From: Dicyema japonicum
Lineage: Eukaryota > Animalia > Dicyemida
Reading direction: 5' to 3'
DNA length: 64,000 nt
NCBI GenBank assembly: GCA_011109175.1
Contig: RDEW01000053.1
Location: 62,001 to 126,000 of the forward strand
Numbering within the stretch: position 1 is the first letter of the stretch; each line of letters begins with the position of its first letter. Shown here piece after piece: positions 63,491 through 64,000 of this stretch. Below the pieces are notes generated by a model. The model was not told the DNA's origin. It worked only from the letters and a program-made list of their open reading frames with translations, and made no database searches. The position numbers were made by a program, and so were the translations under genes.

Positions 63491-64000
63491 ATCAAAATCC
63501 GCTTAATTAGTTAATTTACTCGTTATAAACAAATATGTAACATTTATAAATTGCGTTTTTAACTCACTAATATTAATTTAATATTTTCAAAAAATAAACA
63601 CAGATTTTAAAATTTAATTTGACTTGTTCCCTTATGGTTGTTGTGCGTAATTATTATCACAAAGATAATTAGAATTCAAACAGAATACGGGATTAAACGA
63701 ATCACCATGGATGGTCACCAGACATTCTCCGACCTATACTCTAAGGTTTCCTCATTCTTATAATTTTCAGGTTGCCAGTACCTTTGAATCTAAAGAAAAG
63801 GAGTGGCAACTTTACTACGACAGGAAGAAAATAGGATTCCTTCCATACTCCTCGGACCAATGTGGTTCTTTAAAGTAATCCTCAATTTATCATACCAGGA
63901 ATGGACAACTGTTTTACATGTACCCAGTAGAGGGAACGAGATTCTCAAAGACTGAAAATAGCATAGCCGAAGATCCGATCGACGTCGCCCTTTGGAATTC

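Overview
AT-rich eukaryotic (metazoan) genomic DNA. Compact gene islands with ultra-short GT-AG introns (19-30 nt) sit in a mass of decayed transposons. Tiny introns together with animal-type TONSL, CRAMP1 and BAP18 and a COX6B gene fit a dicyemid mesozoan (cephalopod kidney parasite) best; this is an inference. Most real genes are absent or fragmented in the ORF track. Host genes: CRAMP1, COX6B, TONSL, BAP18, RPL18A and three unknown spliced genes. Mobile DNA: two near-identical 3-kb CRE-clade retrotransposons with an N-terminal PHD finger, a nested hAT/pogo/CRE stack, a tRNA-derived SINE family, RTE, Ingi/Vingi and I-group LINE remnants, and microsporidian-like Dong/R4 and integrase remnants. 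Best candidate for a new system: a tandem cluster of reprolysin (M12B/ADAM-type) metalloproteases built only from signal peptide + catalytic domain + predicted GPI signal, with no prodomain, and about 14 kb downstream a separate secreted gene resembling an isolated M12B propeptide, i.e. a possible 'split ADAM'. Many single-base frameshifts look like long-read consensus errors, so pseudogene calls are provisional. All alignments were done by eye.
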